A DNA stretch of 64,000 nt, taken from assembly GCF_035084215.1 (NCBI RefSeq), contig NC_090368.1:4712001-4776000 (forward strand), given 5' to 3'. The DNA is from Heptranchias perlo. Taxonomy: Eukaryota. Made by a program: the position numbers and the translations under genes. Below the pieces are notes generated by a model. That model saw nothing but the letters and a program-made list of their open reading frames with translations, did not search any database and was not told the origin of the DNA. Position 1 is the first letter of the stretch. Each line of letters begins with the position of its first letter. Positions 1 through 11,835 of this stretch are shown piece by piece.

Positions 1-660
1 TACGGAGGCCCTTGTGGAGAGGCGCGCTGGATTGGCACCGGATTATGGTCAGATTGTTGCTGCTGTTCTGCATACGGAGGCCCTTGTGGAGAGGCGCGCT
101 GGATTGGCACCGGATTATGGTCAGATTGTTGCTGCTGCTCTGCATACGGAGGCCCTTGTGGAGAGGCGCGCTGGATTGGCACCGGATTATGGTCAGATTG
201 TTGCTGCTGTTCTGCATACGGAGGCCCTTGTGGAGAGAGGTGCTGGATTGGCACCAGATTATGGTCAGATTGTTGCTGCTGCTCTGCATACGGAGGCCCT
301 TGTGGAGAGAGGTGCTGGATTGGCACCAGATTATGGTCAGATTGTTGCTGCTGCTCTGCATACGGAGGCCCTTGTGGAGAGAGGTGCTGGATTGGCACCA
401 GATTATGGTCAGATTGTTGCTGCTGCTCTGCATACGGAGGCCCTTGTGGAGAGAGGTGCTGGATTGGCACCAGATTATGGTCAGATTGTTGCTGCTGCTC
501 TGCATACGGAGGGCCTTGTGGAGAGAGGCGCTGGATTGGCACCAGATTATGGTCAGACTGTTTTGGCTGCTCTGCATATGGAGGCCCTTGTGGAGAGATA
601 GGTTGGATTATTTCCAGATTATGGTCAGACTGTTGTTGCTGTTCTATATACTGAGAGCCT
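1..660. repeat. 72-bp coding minisatellite, about 9 copies
   Basis: tacggaggcc recurs at 1, 73, 145, 217 and onward. The period of 72 nt equals 24 codons, and units diverge toward 650. Confidence 0.95.
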
Positions 661-772
661 TGTGGTGAGAGAGGTTGGATCTGCCCCAGGTTACAGGCAC
701 ACTGTTGCTGCTCCCGAGACTGCGATGCACCTGGCGCGAGAGGTTGGATTTGTTGAACACTATGCTGAACCC
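1..772 (-). CDS. Array exon copy 1 (putative alternative last exon of POGZ), runs off the window edge; mostly a 24-aa repeat PYAEQQQQSDHNLVPIQHLSPQGP
   Basis: Acceptor TTTGTTCTGTAAG|GG at 772. Phase-1 reading (G)VQHSVQQIQPLAPGASQSREQQQCACNLGQIQPLSPQGSQYIEQQQQSDHNLE... stays open to base 1. Confidence 0.6.
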
Positions 773-1879
773 CTTACAGAACAAACAAAGAAAGAAATCA
801 CCTAAGTTTTGGTGCATCTAATTATCTATATAAATATATATATTATAATTTTTTTTAAATTGCGAGCCCCACTGGTCAGCCCGACCCATGCCTGTTGCTC
901 CATTCATTTCTAGACATCTGATTGGTCCTGGCTAGCCTTTTGAAAGTTCACATGATTAGCAGAGACCGACAACCTACAAGTCAACTTCAGTAGTCTCCTA
1001 CTTCAGCAACCAGGCTGCAGGTTTCACACAGACCAACAGGAGCCAAGGCAGTGCCACTGAGATTTCCTCCTGTTCTGGCACACTGAGACATAACCGCCTG
1101 GGATCTGAAGGACCAGAACTCCTGGAAGAGCCAGCCTCCAACGTGAGACTTGGACACTATTACTACACATCCTGCCCACAATTCAAATAGGCTGCCTCGT
1201 CTTCATTGTTGGACACTGTCTTCTCTGGCGGAATCATCATGCACCATGGCTGAAGTACTTGCAGCTATCCCACAGCCCAGGCTCAATTCTCGGTCTTCAT
1301 CACCCATGTCCCCTGTCTAGCCTTTGACCCCTAAATCTACTTGCTCCATCCCAGGCTCAGCCCAGTACCCCAATCGCCACCCACCCACACCCCCCCCCCC
1401 ACCAACCTATCTCGCCTCGAGTTTCTTTCCAATGATTGTCTGTTACACAGGATATGACAACACCAAGTAGAGCCACAGCTGGGAATTCATTGTATCATTC
1501 AGCCTACAGAAGGGCTGTATCCTGGCTAAGGGCCATTTTACTGCATTCGGTGGTCTTTATAAAAAGATCAAAGTTGAAATTTGAATCCAGCAGTGAAGGA
1601 TCATGTGCAAGAGGGGGGAGAAAAAAAGTGCACGTGAGACTTAGAGAGAGTGATGTTCAAAGACAAATGAAAACAAAAGGAGACTGTATGAGAGAAAGCA
1701 TGGCAGTGGGAAGAAAGAGAGATACAAAGGCCCGTGCATGCACAACTGAGTGGGACAGAAATGGAGGGAATGATGTAATTTTTTTCATCCGCTAGCAACA
1801 TAAGAGATCAACAAGTTTTTCTTTAAGACTTTTAGTTAGTTTTCTTCAGTTTCATTTCCCTTCTCTATTTTTGCCAGCA

Positions 1880-2511
1880 CTAGTCCAAACCACATGACCT
1901 CTAAGACTCTCACTACAGACACAGGCCTGTGCTCCTGTGAATGTTGGACTACTTCAAGACGACATTGGGGGTCACGATCTCTGGGTGCTCGGCTTGAAGC
2001 AGTGGCCAGCGTTTTTGAAGGCGCCAATCTCTGCTTCACCTGTGCCCCTGCCCCCCACCGATGGAGGTCCAGGATTCCAGACACCCTTTGGGTTGCGTTT
2101 GGCTCCTTTGAGAAAGTGCTGGGTAGCACGTTCCCCCAGGTGGTCGGCCTAAGTTTGTGCCATGAGCGTTCAGAGACACCAAGAGTGGCCACCCCCGCAG
2201 TCAAATGCATGCCCTTCTGGAAACACTCAGCTTCTCCAGAGAGAGGCTGATCACCACATTCCGGCGACTGCTCCCTTTCGAACTGTGCTACCCGCTTCGG
2301 GAAAGAGCAGGCTTGACTGCGCTTGCCCTGCTGTTGCACTTCAGTCAGAGGCTGACAGTTTTGGACCCTGATCATCCTTTTGCTGCTGCTCTTCAGACTC
2401 AGGGACCTTGTGGCAGGAGAGGTTGGATCTGCCCAGGATTACGAGCACACTGGCACTGTTACGAAAAACTGAGTATTAGAGGTCAGGTTTGTTGAACACT
2501 ATGCTGAACCC
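1880..2511 (-). pseudogene. Array exon copy 2, decayed
   Basis: Same acceptor (TTCTATAAG|GG GTT CAG CAT AGT GTT CAA CAA ACC TGA) but an early in-frame stop and later frameshifts. Remnant QPLTEVQQQGKRSQACSFPKRVAQFERE; poly(A) signal drifted to AATAGA (1864-1869). Confidence 0.65.
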
Positions 2512-3540
2512 CTTATAGAACAAATAAAGAATTCACCTAAGTTTTGGTACCTCTATCTGTATAAATAACAGTGCATTCATCCCAGTCAGCCCCTGCTCTG
2601 TCCAACCCTCCATTCCTTTCCAGACATCTGATTGTAACCTTTTGACAGTTTACTGTTTTATTGGTGAAATGATCATCAGGGGCCAACACAAACTGCAAGT
2701 CAACTTCAGTAGTCTCCCACTCTAGCCATTAGGCTACAGGTTTCACACAGTCCAAAAGGAGCCAACGCAGCATCACGGAGATTCAATCTTGCTTGGCTGC
2801 TGCGGGGGCTCACAGAGAAGAGGGACAATGGGCTGCGATCAGAGAGACCTGAACTCACGGAGGAGCCAGTCTCCAACAGGGGCAGTGAGACTCCGGCTCT
2901 GGTACTTCACACTGCTCAACCCTTGCCTGCAATTCAAACAGGCTCCCTCTTCATTGTTGGCCATTGGTTTCTCTTAAGGTGAACTAAACTTGCTGAAGAC
3001 CAGCTGCAATTGTTGGTCACCACCATCCATGTGCCCTTTCCAGCCTCTGGCCCCACAGCTACGCAGTCTCTCCAAGTTCCAACACCCCCCCCGCCACCCC
3101 CCCCCCCCCCACCCCAACCTAGCTGGTCTCCAGTTTTGTTCCAAGCACAGTCTGTTATACTGTGTATAGCAGAATCAATCAAGGCTACAGCTACGGATTC
3201 ATCAGAACAAGATCATTCAGTTCACAGAAGAGGTACATCCCAACTCGGCCATTTTACTGTACGAGGTGGCCTTTATAAAACGGTTAAAGATGAAGTTTGA
3301 ATCCGCAAGTAAAAAAACATGTGTAAGGAGGGGGGAAAAAAAGTGTGCGACTTACGAAAGAGTGACTGTCAAACAAATGGAAAGGGAGGAGAGAGACGGA
3401 CTGAAACACAGGGGAATGCTACTCTTTTTTAAAAAAATACGTTTGCAACACCATGGAAATCAACAAGTTTGTCCAGAGTAGATTTTTCTTATAATTAATT
3501 TTCTTAAGTTGCATTTCCCTTTGTTTTATTTTTGTCAGCA

Positions 3541-4803
3541 CTAGTCCAAACCATATGACTGCTGAGACTCACGTCGCGTCTGATCCTCTTCAGACAGAGA
3601 TGCTTGAAGTCAGGAAAGGGCAGGATCGTTTGCTATCCCGCATTTGCTGGTGTCGCCGCTGCTCATCGAGCAGAGTTGTACGCTTCCAGGAATGTTGGGC
3701 TAGTTTGAGACAACGGTGGGGAACATGTTCCTGCAGGTTCTCCGTTTGAATCCGTGCAATGTGCTTTCAGAAACGTCCGGTTCACTCTCGCGCACACCTA
3801 CTTCCGCTGCCGTTCCTCTTCAGACAAAGACTGTAGCTTCTGGGAAAGTTAGGCTAGTTCAAAGAGATGTTGGAGATCATGTTCCTGCAAGGACTTTGCT
3901 TGAATCTGTGCCACCCACTTTCAGGGACACCAAGGTAGAGTGTGCTGGATGCTCCCACCGTCACTCTTTAGTCAGAGGTACACGCTTTTGGAACTGTTGG
4001 GCCAGTTCACTAAGATGCTGGGACTCGCATTCCTGCGGGTGCTCCATTTGAATCCGTGACAAGTGCTGTGGAGGTGGCAAGCTCGCTGTTGTTCCCGCTG
4101 TTGCAGTCACCATCCCTCCACAGACGTAGGGCGTGCACTTCCGAAAACATTTGGTGAATTCAAGAGGACCCTGGGCCTTGAATCCTTGCCGCCCGCTTTT
4201 GGTGACGGCAGGCTCGTTACCGCTCGCGCCCCATCAGCCGCTGCTCATCTGCAGGTGGAGGTGCACGATTCTGGACGTGCTGGGCTAGTTCAATGAAATG
4301 TGCGGGGTGAAGATCATGCGCCTCCGGGTGTTGCGCATGAAATCGCTGCCACGTGCTTTAGGAGAAGCCAAGCTTGAATGCACTTGTGCCCCTGCTGCTT
4401 CCGCTGCTCTTCCCACTCTAACTGTGCTCAGACGCACATCCTTCGGAAAACGGAGCTTGCTCAGCAAGAGGCCGATCCTCACCTTCCCGCTGCTCCTCCC
4501 ACTAACTGTGCTGCCCTCTTTTGGAAACGACAGGCTTGCAACCTCTTGCACTGCCACTGCTCTTCAGTTGATGGCCCACCTTCTTCGATCTCTTGGTCAA
4601 TGGGCTCACTGCTCCGCCGCTGCTCTTCAGACTCGGCCCCTGGTGCTGAGAGAGTTTGGATTTGCCCAGGATTATGGCCACACAGCTGCTGTTGCTCTTC
4701 AGACTGAGGGCTCTGTGCTGAGAGGTTGGATTTGCCCCAGGCACCCAAGAGTGAGGTGCTCCCAGCACGAGAGGTTAGAGTTATTGAACATTATGCTGAA
4801 TCC
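3541..4803 (-). pseudogene. Array exon copy 3, decayed
   Basis: Acceptor TTCTGCAAG|GG ATT CAG CAT AAT GTT CAA TAA gives an early stop. Remnant modules SPQSEEQQQLCGHNPGQIQ and KRLQACRFQKRAAQ; AATAAA at 3525-3530. Confidence 0.65.
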
Positions 4804-5828
4804 CTTGCAGAATTTTTAAAAATCACCTAACTACTGGTGCATCTACTTACATTAAAATAATTGTGCCTGCCCTGTCTGTGGTTTCTCCAGTGTCCGTCAC
4901 TTCATTCATTTCCAGATATCTGGTTGGTCTTTGCTAACCAGGAAGCAGTTTGATGCATGACTGTTCAAATTGTTAGCAAGTGTCTGGTCACAACATTGAA
5001 GGGAAATTCAATGATTCCCTCCCTTGTGCAGGGTCAAGAGAACTAAGCCAGCTCTGCCAAAATTCCCTCGAGCTGCTGCAGCTCACCATGGAGAAGTGGT
5101 GGGATGAATTTGAGCCAGCAGATCGCAGGATAAGTCAACCTGCACTAACCCACACCCTGCCCCATTGATCAAATAGGTTTCTTCATCAACATCAGCCGCT
5201 GAATATCTCCACTCGTCCAACCCAGACTAAAATCGGGTTGAAGAAATGGTGACTATTACAGAGTCTGGCTCATTTCTCAGTCACTGCCACCCCTGCCCCC
5301 TTTCCAGCCCTTAGCCGACCTGCTCTAGGTCAGACCAAGCCCCACCCTTGCCTGCAGTCTCTCTCCAATTTGATACACAGGGAATGCCTGTACCAATCTG
5401 GGCCACAGCTACGAATTCACTTCAAGTCCATTCAACCTATGGAAAGGTTACAAGCCCGTTAAGGGCCATTTTTCTGTATCTGGTGGTCTATTGAAAAAAA
5501 AGGTCAAGGATTCAATTTGAGTACCTCAGTAAAAGGGACGTAAGTGAGTGGAAAAGAAAGAAGAATGCAAGACTTAAAGAAAGTGTGACAGTCAGAGATA
5601 TACAGAGGTGATAACAGGGGAAAGCATATGAGAGGGCAGAAAGGAAAGAGAAAGGGAAAAAGAGAGACAAAGTTAACATATAAGAAATAGAGTGGTACAA
5701 AATGCGGGGGTGCAGTTAAAGTGGGAGAACAAATTTTACATCGGTTAGCAACACCATGGAAGATCGACTAGTTTTTTCTGAACAGAGTTTTCGTTCAGTT
5801 AGTTTCTCTAAGATGTTTTTCCCATCAA

Positions 5829-5834
5829 TTTATT
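5829..5834 (-). terminator. Poly(A) signal AATAAA after array exon copy 4
   Basis: TTTATT on the + strand about 30 nt past the stop; same position in copies 3 and 6. Confidence 0.55.
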
Positions 5835-5866
5835 TTTGCCAGCACTTGTCCAAACTACACAACTTC

Positions 5867-6969
5867 TTAAGACTCACACTGCAGCTGGTCCTCTTGAGAT
5901 GTAAGTGCACGCTTCTGGAAACTTTGAGCTAGTTCGAGAAGACGCTGGGGATCGCGTTCCTGCGGGTTCTCCGCTTGAACCTGCGCAATGCGCTTTCGAA
6001 GACGGCAGGCCCGCTTGCTCTCGCGCATTTGCTTCCGCCGCCGTTGTCGCCGTTCCTCTTCAGACAGAGACGCACGCCTCCGGGAACGTTGGGCTAGTTC
6101 AATCAGACGTTGGGGATCACCTTCCTGTTGCAGCTCTGCTCGAATCCGTGCCATACGCATTCGGAGTCGGTAAGCTCGAGTGCGCTCGCACTGCTGTCGC
6201 CGGCGTTGTTCTGCGGATGGAGCTGGGCGCATCTTGGAGCGCTGGGCCAATTCGAGAAGACGCTGGGGATCACATTCCTCTGGATGCGCTGCTTGAATCT
6301 GTGACACGCGCTTTCGGAGACGCCAAGCTTGGGTGCGCTCGCGTCCCCGCTGCCGCCGCTGCTCTTCGGTCAGCGCTGCACGTTTTTGGAGACACTGGGT
6401 TGGCTCGGAGAGACACAGGCGCTCGTACTCCTGGACCTGCTCAGCTAGACGCAGACGTTCACGCTCCCGCTGCTGCTCAAACTGCGCCGCCCGCTTTCTA
6501 AGACGGTAAGCCCGGGTGCGCTTGCACTGCTGCCAACGCCGCTCCGCCTCAGACAGAGGTGCTCGCTTCCGGAGGCGTTGGGCTAGTTCGAGAAGACGCT
6601 GGGGATCGTGTTCCTGCGGGTTCTCTGCTTGAGCCAGCGCCATGCGCTTTCGGAGACGGCAGGCCCGCTGGCGCTCGCGGCCCCGTTGCCGCCGCTGCTC
6701 TTCGGTCAGGGGCAGGCGCTTTCGGATCCATCGGTCAATTTGCTTCCTGCTCTGTTGCTGCTGCTCTTCAGACTCGGGCCCTGGTGACGAGACAAGTTGG
6801 ATTTGGCCCCGATTATGGTCACGTTGTGCCTGCTGTTCTTCAGACTGAGGGCTTTGTGGTGATAGCAGTTGGATTTGCCCCAAATTATGGCCACACTGTT
6901 GCTGCAGCTCCCGAGGCTGAGGTGCACCTGGTAGGAGAGGTTGGATTTGTTGAACACTATGCTGAACCC
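5867..6969 (-). CDS. Array exon copy 4, intact (~367 codons): Q/P-rich modules plus five Arg-rich basic modules
   Basis: Acceptor TTTGTCCTGTAAG|GG at 6969. The phase-1 frame is continuous with ORF 5867..6883 to TAA. AATAAA at 5829-5834; CpG-rich. Confidence 0.7.
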
Positions 6970-7049
6970 CTTACAGGACAAATAAATAAAAGAAATCACC
7001 TAAGGTTTGGTGTGAAGAGAGAGAATAAATTAAAAGATTTATGTACAAT

Positions 7050-7540
7050 TTAGACTCCCCTGCCACCTCAGGAAGGACAATGTGGCTCTGGTGAAGTTGC
7101 AGAGAAGAGCAGCAAGGTAGATCCCTGGCCTGAGATCATCGAGCTGTGAAGATAAGACTTGATGCCTTGCAATTGTATTCACTGGAGAGACAGATTTAGA
7201 AGGATCTGATCCAAATATTTAACGTTATTAAAGGCATAGACAACATCAGGTAGATAATGTGTTTGAGGTGATGAGCTTCAGAGAACTAGGGGCCATCCAA
7301 TTAAACTGAGAAAGCAGGGCTTGAGGTTAGATCTCCAGAGGTTTTACTTTTCTCAGAGGGTGATTGACCTGTGGAACTGAGGACTGTCTCTTATACAGAC
7401 CTCCAAGAAAGTGTTGGATGAATTTTTGGAAAACACGATGATCACAGCATATGGAAGGCAAGACTAATTATCGTGGGAAAGTAACCAATGGGTTCGGGGG
7501 TTGCTTGATGGTCTTTCTCAGCCTGATTATGTAATATAGG
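7050..7540 (+). mobile_element. Old CR1-type LINE 3' fragment inserted just upstream of the copy 4 acceptor
   Basis: Decayed CR1 ORF2 C-terminal sequence (gaactaggggccatccaattaaactg; tttctcagagggtgattgacctgtggaac) interrupts the array spacer. Confidence 0.65.
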
Positions 7541-8419
7541 CTCATCGGTCTGATTTCTTCCAGACATCTGATTAGTTCCTATTAACCACATGATACTTTA
7601 AAATATTTGTCAAGTGCTTACTACGGACCAACCCAATCCTCAACCCAATTTCAGCAGTCTCCTGCTCTGTGAAATCCAGCAGGGGCCAAGGCAGCCCCAC
7701 CGATATTCCCTCCAGCTTGGCTGCTACAACTCTGAAGAAAGCACAACAGGTTGGGATTTGAGGGATCAGAACTGATGGGAGTATCTGGCCTCCCAAGAGC
7801 AACTGAGAGACTCGAGCTCCAACAATTCACACATTACCCAGGCCCATGCCCTCAATTCAAATATGCTCCCTTTTCATTAACAGTGGCCGCATTTCTCTTA
7901 TCATGCTGAAGAACTTGCGGCTGCCCCAGATCCCACGCTCAATTCTTGGTCACTGGCACCCATACCTTCTAACCAGCCACCAGCCCCAAACTACTTGCTC
8001 TATTCTGGATGGAACCCTCTCCCCCACCCCCGACCAAATTCTGGCTTCCAGTTTCTCTCATCCAAAGCTGTGACACTGGATATGTCAGAAGAAATCTGGG
8101 CCACAGCTATGGGTTCATCGCGACAAGACCAGTCAAGTCCACACACACACATCCCACTCGGGGCTATTTTAAACAAATCTTTAAACTTAAAGATGCAATT
8201 TTAGCTTAAAGAACACGCGTGAGAGGGAGAGAGAGCACAAGGCTTAGAATGTGACAGAGACAAATGGAGAGACAGATAGAATGAGTTCCAGAATGGGACA
8301 AAAAAAAGGACATGCTGAAGAGTGCAGATGAACAGAGCGATCTAAGGTTTCAACTACATAACTCCCACAGTGCACGTAGATAAAGCCATAAAAAAAGTCA
8401 ACAGCAATTTGGATTTTAT

Positions 8420-8890
8420 AAATAGGGGCAAAGAGCACGAGAGTAATGAATAATAAGTACTGGTTAGGCCACAGGTAGAAAATTGTGTGCCGCGTTAGAG
8501 AAAGGAGATTAAAGCCATAGAATGCCTACAATATAGATTCAGCAGGATGCAAAATTATCGTTATCAGGAGAAGACTCAGTGGAGATTTAATTATCAAGAA
8601 TTTTGATGATGTGAATTGGGAACAATTATTTTGTCCAGTTGGGGAATTATATACAAGGGGCCATCAATTTAAAATGGTCACGGAGCACGGAAAGATAGGA
8701 GACATTTCTTCATTGTTGGAGCATGGAAAGGTTTGCCACGGGGAATGGTTAAGGCAGAGTTCACTGCATCTTTAAAGCTAAAAGTGGATAAATATTTGAA
8801 GCCAGGCGGCTACAGGGGAAGAAAGCGAGTCAGTAGACCTCCTCCTGTACATGCTGTAAATGTACCGCCTTCTGTACGTGCTGTAAACAA
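8420..8890 (+). mobile_element. Old CR1-type LINE fragment at the 3' end of array copy 5
   Basis: ctggttaggccacag..; acaagggggccatcaatttaaaatggtc; aagtggataaatatttgaag. Confidence 0.55.
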
Positions 8891-8972
8891 CGGCAGTTCT
8901 AGGAGGGGAGATGCACAATATTTTTCAGCCATTGTTCTTCAGACATAGGCGCATGCTTCTGGGGCCATTGGG

Positions 8973-9556
8973 CTAGTTCAGGACGACACTGGAATCACGT
9001 TCATGCAGATGTTCTGCTGGAATCTGTGCTGCGCGATGTCGCAGACGATAAGCTCGGGCGCGCTCACGCCACCGTCGACGCTGCTCCTCTTCAGATAGTG
9101 GGGCGCGCTTTTGAGCTTGCACTCCTCCCTGCTGCTCCTGTTCGCACTTTACCGCCCGCTTTCGGAGGCGGCAGGCTCGCTGCCGCTGGCGCCCCCGCTC
9201 GCGCCTCCGCTCTGCATCCGATGCAGGTCCGCGCTTCTGGGCGCATCTGGCCAGCTCCAGGAGCCGCTGGGGATCGTGTTCCTGCGGGTGCTCCGCCCGG
9301 AGCCGCGCCAAGCGCTTTCGGAGACGGCAGGCTTGTTGGCGCTCGCACTGCCGCCGTCGCTGTTGTTCAGTTAAAGGTGGACGCTTTCTGTTTATCCGGT
9401 CAGTGTCCTCACTTTCCTGCTGCAGCTCTTCAGACTGAGGGGCTTGTGGTGAGAGAGGTTGGATTTGGTCCGGATTATGGCCACACTGCTGCTGCTCCTG
9501 AGACTGAGATGTACCTGGTACAAGAGGTTGGATTTGTTGAACACTATGCTGAACCC
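8973..9556 (-). CDS. Array exon copy 5 (~194 codons), three basic modules, frameshifted and truncated at the 3' end
   Basis: Acceptor TTTTGTTCTGTAAG|GG at 9556, in frame with ORF 8973..9311. A 1-nt shift near 8995 gives an early TAG, and the normal 3' end is replaced by a CR1 fragment. Confidence 0.55.
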
Positions 9557-9704
9557 CTTACAGAACAAAAAGAAAACACCTAAATTTTGGTGCATCCCTC
9601 TATATATAAAAAAAATTACATCTATCCCATCCATTGGTCTTTCCCCGACTGATTCCCCATTCATTTCCAGACATCCAATAGGTACTTGCTTACCAAGCAA
9701 CAGT

Positions 9705-10115
9705 TTTGAATCATAGTCATAGAGAGATACAGCACAGGAGGCCATTCAGCCCAAGATGCCTGTGCCAGCTCTTTGAAAGAGCTGTCCAATTAGTCCCACT
9801 GCTCTTACCCCAATAGCCCTGCAAATTTTTCCCCTTCAGGTATTTATCCAAATTCCCTTTTGAAAGTTATTATTGAATCTGCCCTTTCAGGCAGCGCATT
9901 CCAGATCATAACTCGCTGCGTAAATTTTTTTTCCTCATGTCGCCTCTGGTGCTTTTGTCAATTATCTTAAATCTGGGCCCTCTGGTTACCAACTCTTCTG
10001 CCACTGGAAACAGTTTCTCCTTATTTACTCTATCAAAGCCCTTCATGATTTTGAACACCTCTATCAAATCTCACCTTAACCACCTCTGCGCTAAGGAGAA
10101 TAACGCAAGTTTCTC
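9705..10115 (-). mobile_element. CR1/HER1-like LINE 3' fragment
   Basis: ggccattcagccc..gctctttgaaagagc..ccctttcaggcagcgcattccagatcataactcgctgcgt; same family at 47200 and 42720. Confidence 0.8.
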
Positions 10116-11014
10116 TAGTTTGATCCATTACTGGTCACGTAGTTGGCAAGTGACCAACCACAGCCTCCAAGGGAACTTAAACGTCCTCTTGCGCCATGCA
10201 GGTCAAGGGAAACAAAGGCAGTCCCGCCAAGGTTCGCTCATGAGCTGCTACGGCCCACAACAAAGGCATGTTGCATCAGGATTTGACCCACCAGAACCCA
10301 GGAGAAGGCGACACCCAATAACCCACCCTTCACACCCTCTTCATCAGTGGCCACTGTCATCTCCACAGAGAGACGACCCCAGACCAAAATCATAACGAAG
10401 GAATAATGACTTTTTCAGAAGTCAGCCTGCATCTTAGCCTCAGTCCCTGCCATAAACACTAGCATTCAGCACTCGTCTCCAAACTCGCTTCTATTCTTAG
10501 CCCTTGCCTCTGTCGTTTCCCAGACTGCAGCCTTCAGTTTCTCCCTCGCTCGTGCATGCTGCAGTGGCTCGCAGCTGTGTCAATACCAGTCTGGGCCGCA
10601 GTTCCAGATCCAGATACAACAATTGGAAAACCATGTGGCCCAGAATAAGGTACCTCCCAGCCCAGACCCCATCATATATTGCATGCCCTGGGATATATAT
10701 AAAAAAAGGTAAGAGATACAAATTGTGTAAATCAGTAAAGGAACGTGTGCAAGAGGCATACAGAGTGTGTGCAAGATATCCTGAGGAGAGTGAAGACAGG
10801 GTAAAGGAAAGACAAGTATGTGAGGGAAGAGAGAGAGAGGAGGAAAAGAGAGAAAACATGAATGAATTAGAGCGTGACAAAAGATGCAGATACAGTCACA
10901 GGAGGGGAGCATTATTACTTTTTTCATCCGTTAGCAACACCATGGAGATCAACTAGTTTTTCCGTGGTAGATTTTTCTTTAAATTAGTTTTCCTAAATTG
11001 TATTTCCCTTCAGT

Positions 11015-11020
11015 TTTATT
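11015..11020 (-). terminator. Poly(A) signal AATAAA after array exon copy 6
   Basis: TTTATT on the + strand, 12 nt past the TAA stop. Confidence 0.55.
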
Positions 11021-11032
11021 TTTTTGCCAGCA

Positions 11033-11835
11033 TTAGTCCAAAATACACAATTTTAAAGCTTCATGCTGCAACTGCTCCCCTTGAGATGTAGATGCACGCT
11101 TTTGCGAGAGCTGGACTAGTTCAAGGAGGCGCTGAGGGTCGTGTTCTTCGGGGTGCTCTGCTTTAATCTGTGCCAAGCGCTTTCGGAGACGGTAAGCTCG
11201 CTGACGCTCGCAGCCCCGCAGCCTCCGCTGCTCTTTGATCACAAGTGCGCGCTTCTGAGATTCTTCGGCCACACGCAGACACTCCCGCTCCTGGGCTTCT
11301 TTGACCAGACGCAGGCGCTCCTGTTCCTGCAGCCGCTCCCTTTCCAGCCTCGCTGCCTGCTTTCGGAGACGGCAGGCCCGCTGACGCTCACGCCCCCGCT
11401 CACGTTCCCGTTGCCGCCGCTGCTCAGGCGGGGGTACACACTTCTGGGCAGTTTGGGTTAGTTCAAGAAGACGCTGGGGATCATGTTCCTGCGGGTGCTC
11501 CGCCTGGAGCCGTGCCAAGCGCTTTCGGAGACGGCAGGCTTGTTGGCGCTCGCACTGCCGCCGTCGTTGCTGTTCAGTCAGAGGTGGTCGCTTTCGCATC
11601 CCTTGGTCAATGGACTCACTTTTCTGTTGCTGCTCCTCAGACAGAGAGCTTTGTGGTGACAAAGATTGCATTTGCCCAGGATTATAGTTAGACTGTTGCT
11701 GCCGCTCGTCAGACTGAGGGCTTTGTGGTGAGAGAGGTTGGATTTGGTCCGGATTATGGTCACACTCTTGTTGCTCCCGAGGCAGAGATGCACCTGGTAC
11801 GAGAGGTTGGATTGGTTGAACACTATGCTGAACCC
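11033..11835 (-). CDS. Array exon copy 6, intact (~267 codons), three basic modules
   Basis: Acceptor TTTGTTCTGTAAG|GG at 11835, in frame with ORF 11033..11671 (…LKLCILD*). AATAAA at 11015-11020. Confidence 0.7.

Noticed and set aside
1-660. CRISPR-like regular repeat
   Set aside because: No unique spacers; it is a head-to-tail 72-bp minisatellite in eukaryotic DNA.
12-668. Plus-strand 218-aa and 195-aa repetitive ORFs
   Set aside because: Antisense shadows of the 72-bp repeat. Splice and poly(A) signals and homology with the other copies point to the minus-strand frame.
5905-9583. Ala/Gly-rich plus-strand ORFs (5905-6501, 6559-7053, 9026-9583)
   Set aside because: Antisense mirrors of the GC-rich minus-strand exons.
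5867-11671. Array ORFs as independent single-exon genes
   Set aside because: Frames extend upstream to a shared splice acceptor, and there is no conserved ATG or promoter.
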